DNA of 64,000 nucleotides. It comes from Candidatus Absconditabacterales bacterium. Its GTDB lineage: Bacteria > Patescibacteriota > Gracilibacteria > Absconditabacterales > Absconditicoccaceae. The notes beneath the pieces were generated by a model. That model was given only the letters and a program-made list of their open reading frames with translations, was not told where the DNA came from and did no database searches. The position numbers and the translations under genes are program-made. How positions within the stretch are numbered: position 1 is the first letter of the stretch; each line of letters opens with the position of its first letter. The stretch lies in the NCBI GenBank assembly GCA_937923605.1, contig CALDTY010000014.1, forward strand, positions 24,796 through 88,795, given 5' to 3'. Positions 58,745-64,000 of the stretch are shown here, one piece after another.

Positions 58745-61700
58745 TTACTGAATGGATTGTAGATTATCTTCTCGATAAGATTGATTTTCAGTTGCAATAT
58801 TTCACTTTGACGCATCTTCATCATATGAGTTTTGAGCGTGGAGAATAGCTTCTTGAGTACCTACTTGCTCTGCATGTCATATATATGCAAGTGGAGTATG
58901 TAAGACAGAAGGTTTAACTTCAAGAAGATAATCATACATAAATTCCATAAGATAAATTGCGTCTGATCTTAGGAATTCTTGACCTTCATATACTTCAATA
59001 GCTTGGTATAATTCAAGAATTTTCTGATTATCTATTTGCTCAACATGATGATCAACAACAGTTACAAGCAACATAAGCGCAGTCCTCATGTCGACAGGGC
59101 TGTCTAGCTCTGTCCTAGTTAGATTAAATTCTCAATATCAAGTATCAAATTCATCTTCTAGCGCCTCTAGATATACTTCTCATCGATGTCTTCAACTTTC
59201 TTCATACTCTATCGCTGTTTCATGAAAGTCATTACGATCTAACATAAGAGTTCTGGCGAAAAGCTTGAATGTTTCTGCTAGAGTAGTTTCTCTATTAGGT
59301 TGGAAGTATTTACTAGTATCTGATGTTCAGTTTGTTAAACAAATTTTTTCGTTCAACTTATTTACTGTATCTTCAAGATCTCATCATATATCTACAAAGT
59401 TATTACTTTGGTATTCATGCCCATCCTTATACTTACATCAAGAATCAATAACCTCTCTCATGACCTCTAGCTCTTCAGTAGTCTTTCAAGTATCTACGTC
59501 AACTACTGTCAATAACTCTAAGACTTGTATAGCTTGCATAGATTCTGCTGCCACTTGATGTGTCTGGGAAATTGCTTGCGCTTGATAATCTGGATCCAAA
59601 TGATTTGGAATTCAATCATCATCATGATCATTATTTCATAAGAAGTATTGATACTCTTCAGTGTTACCTGCTCTTGATCACAAAGCTCATCAATTTCATT
59701 TATTTTCATCATCAACAATCAATGTTGGGTATATTCTAATTGGATAGCTACATAATTCAGATCAACCTGTATTATTACTAATATGAACCCTAATATAATC
59801 TGTAATTACTTCGTATGTTTCAGGTACACGCCATGATGAATTAGATGTTCCTCATGGATAAATAATCTCATCAATAGTTACATCTCATAGCATACTTACA
59901 TCTATTTGTTCTATAGTTCCACCAATAAAATCTCATGGAGAGTAGACAATAGCTGGTAATCCACAAGAAGCAGATATTACTTGTTTCACTTCACAAGTCT
60001 GCACTTCTTCTGTAAGCTTGTTTTCACACTCCCAACTCCATCAAGTAGAAGTCTTTTGAAATGAATTCATATTCATGTCATCATAACCTGTACTTGGTTC
60101 ATCACAATATGCAGGTTTATATGTAGGTGTATCCCATCCGTTGAAGAAATTCGATACTATTCAATTTTGTGCTATCCATCCACATACTGTATCTTCTGTT
60201 TCTCTATATGCTTCACATTCTACATCACCACATGACCAAGTCTCAGTAGATCAAGGATTTGGAAATGATGCAACATTACTAAGACCATCACCAGAAGTAC
60301 AATAGTCTTGTTCAGCTATTCCATCATATGCATCTTCTTGCACTGTAAACACTCTTGCATTATCTCAACATTCATCAGGTTGAGCTACAACTTCCAGTAC
60401 TTGAGTACAATTTGCTGATGATCACAATGTATCTTCAACAGTCCATTCTACGACTATCTGATCTTCTGATTCATATACTCATGATTGAATTCGCTCCGTA
60501 TGACCATTTGATCATATGTTAGCATTTCATGCAATGGATTGTACATTCTTTCAAGAGACAATATATCCTGGCTCAGGAATCCAATTAACAGAGAATGTAC
60601 TTCATAAATCTATCGTCATTTCTGGTTCATTAATTCATCCATAACTAATTCATGCATCGTCACATTCAACAGTTTCCTGTGTAACGTTTAATGTACAATA
60701 GTCTCATCTTTCCATGTTTGGACATGTCCAAGCGTATTCTAGGTTCTCTTGGTCAAATGTAATTACTGGATCAAAGTCCTTTTCACAGAATCACTCTAAT
60801 CATCATGCAAAAACAAGTTGTATAGCCTGTTCTGTATAATTAATTGTCATCCCGTCAACTGCTCAGCAATGATCTCATTCATTCTCATCTTCTCAAAGCT
60901 CTATAACATCAGTTATGTCTGGATCTCAGACAATAAGAGGCTTAGGACAAATCATAGTAATTTCATCAGATCAAATAGTTGCCGTCATCTCAATCTTAAC
61001 AACATATACTCATTCATCTTCATAGGTAACTAGAGATGAATTATTAGTAGTCACTCAATTTTGAATAACATCAGCTGTCCAATCTACTACACCTAATGAA
61101 GTACCTGATTCATCAAAAGAAATATCAACAGTTGTTCATTCTGGTACGACTCAATTTGTAAGGAGATTATTTTCTTTGAATTCAAGATTCAGATCGTCAC
61201 ATACTGGAGTTGGATAAATATCTAGTTCACATTCTACCAGTTCCGTATCTGCATATGTTCCTCAAGGATTCTCTGGGCATTCCCATGTCGTTTTAAGTGG
61301 GAAAGTAGTACTTGCTTGTATTTGGAAATTTCATGCTCAAGCTCTTGATATAGGTGCATCTATATTCTCATCATGCATACACCAAGGTTGACCTTCAGGA
61401 TATTGTCTTTTACTAAACAGTGCCTGATCAGTCATGTGTAGTATTCCACATGCTCCAGGGACATACCACTGACAACGGTTATTAGGTTCACATCATCATT
61501 CCTCTACTTTATCTCGATATCTATCAGTTTCAGTCAAATTCTCTTGATCTCATGGATCATCTGTTGTGTCTTTACAATACACAACATCAGGCTCAAAATT
61601 TAATGGATTATTATTGTATGGATCTGGATCATTATCATCAATAATACACTCAAAAAGCTCAGCTTTACATTCTGAATTACAGTTAGCGTCTACTGCAGGC

Positions 61701-64000
61701 TCACATTCTTCGTCATCTGAAGTATTTAATAATCCATCTTCTCCTTCTTCTTGAACTTCTTCATCACCACATCGAATCTTAGTTACTCAACATCAAACTG
61801 AATTTGTTGGATCTTCTTCGTCAATACATCCCCAAGATCGTGAAGTAACTTCTCAACTAGGAGTATCGTCATCAGCATCAAAAGAATCTTCATCAAACTC
61901 TGTTCCTTCTGGACATAGATGAGGTCCAGGAATAATAGAATATGATTCGTTATACACAGTAATATTATCATAATCTTCTAAACATTCTAATCATACAAAA
62001 CTTTCTGGACATGGCGGTATTGTAAATTCTCATTCAGCAGCACACTGTCATTCAGATCAAGGAACTACGTCAAATGTATAAGTTTCTCATCATTCAAAAA
62101 TAGCTATTGTAAACTCATCTGCATTTGTTGATGATCAGTCTCAACCGTAAACAGGATTTCAATTACCATCATATATTGTTATTTCTGCTCATCATTGAAC
62201 TCCTCCGAGATCTATAGTCACAGACCCTTCTGGATCTCAAGTTGAACAATCATCCCCTCCTACAATTGGTGTTGGTAATTTCAGTGCATCACATCAAGAA
62301 GAAGTCGTCTCACATTCTACTTCAAGTGTTACTTCTCATTCACATCCATTATCATCCTGGATTGCGTATGTATAAAAGCCGTCTGACAATCACTCGACAA
62401 TATCACCTTCAGAATACTCAATACCATCAACAATGATTTGCGCATCTCCAATTGCCCCAATAACTTCTCAAAACTCTATTGATCCATTGGCATCACAGGT
62501 TCAATTTTCTCAGGTCGCACTAGTAATAACATTTTGACTTAAAATCATGTTTTCTGCATACCCACATTCAGTAAGACATACTGGCAATATAAATTGCTCA
62601 GATATTCATGGAGAGACACACTCTTGACCATTTTCAGTATAGGTTACTGTAGGAATAAGTGTTCCTGGAGTCACAAACGATTGATTCGCTCATACTAGTG
62701 AAGGATCATTTCGTTCTACAACTACATCAGTTTGATCATTAGTAACTGATCGTGATACATTCATAGTTCATGGAATATATTGCCCATCTGCATCACAGGT
62801 TATTTGAGTAGATGAAACATCAATATCTAAAGTACAGTCACAATTATTATTCATCAATACATCAGCCTGCGCGCTATTACTTTCACATCAATTTTCATCT
62901 GTAACAGTCACAGTGTATGTATCAGTTATGGTAGCCTCAAAACTTTCTCATCATCACACTGAATCTCCAGCACTATTTTCTCGAGCATATGTCCATCAAG
63001 CTTGTCCATCATTTACCTGTAAGGATGCACTATCTTCTCCACAAATCACTGTTACGGAGTTTGTGTTTAAAGTAATAGATGGTTCTTCAGGTCAGGTAAT
63101 CTCTACACTCACTTCGTCGTTACACTCTACAGTATCATTATTTTCATCAGTTACACTTACTGTTGCTGTATATGTTGTGGTTCCGTTTGGCAAATTAGAT
63201 AAAGCAAATGAAGTTGAACCATTCGCAAGACTCGAAGAATCTCACGAGCTTAATGTAACGGTAGATCAGTCTTCTGCATTTCATCAACTTACAAGTAAAG
63301 TTACAGATCCAAGATCTTCTGAACAAGTATTATTATTAGTTATTTCTCCATCAATAGTGATTGCAAAACCATCACATGCTTCACAATCTTGTGCTGATGG
63401 TGCAGTAAGATCATAATTAGCAGATATTTCACATGAAGGATCAGCTCCAAGAACTTCTATAATTATTTCTCATCATCAAACATCTCAGTCTATAATAATT
63501 GGGAAATCAGAATAAGAATAACTCTGTCAAATTTGACTTCCATCTACTGAGAGTATATATAATGTTTCATCATCTCAACTTACTGGTGGAGTAAATGATA
63601 CTTCAATTTCTCATTTAGTTTCTCCACAAGCTAAAACAGCTTCATCAAGCACCACTTCAAATCAAGAACAATCAAATGGTTCAGAACATTCTGCAGGCAT
63701 ATCAAGCTCTACATTAATATCCATTAGACACTCAAGTCACATCTGTGATCAATAGGTTAGGTTTACTAAGTAATAATCTCAATCTACTTCTTCCAATACA
63801 GTCGCTGTTTCAAATGGATCGTGTCATCGCTCAAAACTATCTACTCCATCAAGTGAACCAAGAGTTACTGTTCATCATCATGCAGTACCATCATCAAGAC
63901 AAAAGAGTCCCATTCATTCTAAAGTCGTTCCAGGCATTGCAGGAATATTTACATCAATCGATGCATCACCTAAGCATCCCATTTCATCAGTAGCAGTGAT
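58745..64000 (-). CDS. giant secreted surface protein, paralog of 52935..58568 (more than 1751 aa, 5' end beyond the window)
   Basis: I translated all 5256 nt to the window edge in one code-25 frame with no TAA or TAG. The N-terminal part has SprB-like ...VTDENGC / ATDEMGC / QDDNGC units. The middle section of about 600 aa is collinear with the neighbouring gene (TCEVKQVISASCGLPAIVYSPGDFIGG versus SCEVKQIISASCGVPAIVYSPGEFIGG). It has a TSP3-like DHDDDGIPNHLDPD and a different C-terminal tail. Stop is TAA. Confidence 0.85.

Noticed and set aside
58877-59089. 70-aa ORF (MRTALMLLVTVVDHHVEQ...) that looks like a separate small gene.
   Set aside because: It is in the same frame as the giant gene 58745..64000 and is simply an internal TGA-to-TGA segment of that gene's C-terminal tail.
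52935-59760. Polymorphic-toxin interpretation of the two giant genes, with a conserved body, a variable C-terminal toxin and an immunity gene.
   Set aside because: No small ORF follows either gene. One is followed by a 176-bp terminator and promoter gap, the other by a convergent pheS. The tails show no toxin motif I recognise and look more like wall-anchoring segments. I therefore report them only as variable tails.
1-64000. Alternative explanation of the TGA-rich frames by code 4 (UGA = Trp, as in Mycoplasma and Spiroplasma).
   Set aside because: At every conserved motif I checked, TGA aligns with Gly: GxGxxG, GGSSGG, FGSGW, LGGGMS and Walker A GxxGxGK. Conserved Trp positions use TGG.
1-64000. 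Search for tRNA, rRNA, tmRNA, RNase P or SRP RNA signatures, such as GGTTCGAATCC-type T-arms and the conserved P4 or SRP motifs.
   Set aside because: None was recognised by eye on either strand. The only convincing non-coding structure is the unclassified element at about 32190-32415.

Overview
AT-rich bacterial window that can only be read with genetic code 25 (UGA = Gly, as in Gracilibacteria and Absconditabacteria/SR1). The supplied standard-code ORF track is therefore badly fragmented. Every conserved gene becomes one uninterrupted frame once TGA is read as Gly. Examples: SOD 'FGSGW' and 'NNGGG', M16 'LGGGMSSRLF', TrxB 'GSGPAG', GatA 'GGSSGGSAA'. After hand re-translation the window is almost fully coding. 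Housekeeping genes found: M16 peptidase, murA-ddl-alr, a C-terminal-only priA, SOD, trxB, hpf, greA, an FKBP lipoprotein, a SpoU methyltransferase, a short alaS, a tagA-like gene, rpsA, rpsO, an O-antigen-ligase-like gene, NUDIX, ppa, a DHH protein, recJ, gatA and pheS. There is a small mobile-element module: a degenerate HNH-like protein, a DUF134 regulator with palindromic operators, a tyrosine integrase and a TraD/VirD4-like ATPase. There is also a VirB2-like pilin cluster and four very large secreted surface proteins. The most unusual observations are as follows. (1) The recoding itself. (2) A 3.4 kb gene with a Bacteroidota-type T9SS C-terminal sorting domain and no TGA codon at all, lying between genes that encode most Gly as TGA, which suggests recent import from a standard-code donor. 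(3) Two tandem paralogous giant genes (1877 aa and more than 1751 aa) with SprB-like repeats, a 60-bp-periodic Cys-rich array, UGA-dense Gly linkers and different C-terminal tails. No rRNA, tRNA or CRISPR array was recognised. All coordinates come from hand translation, and start codons are less certain than stops and frames.
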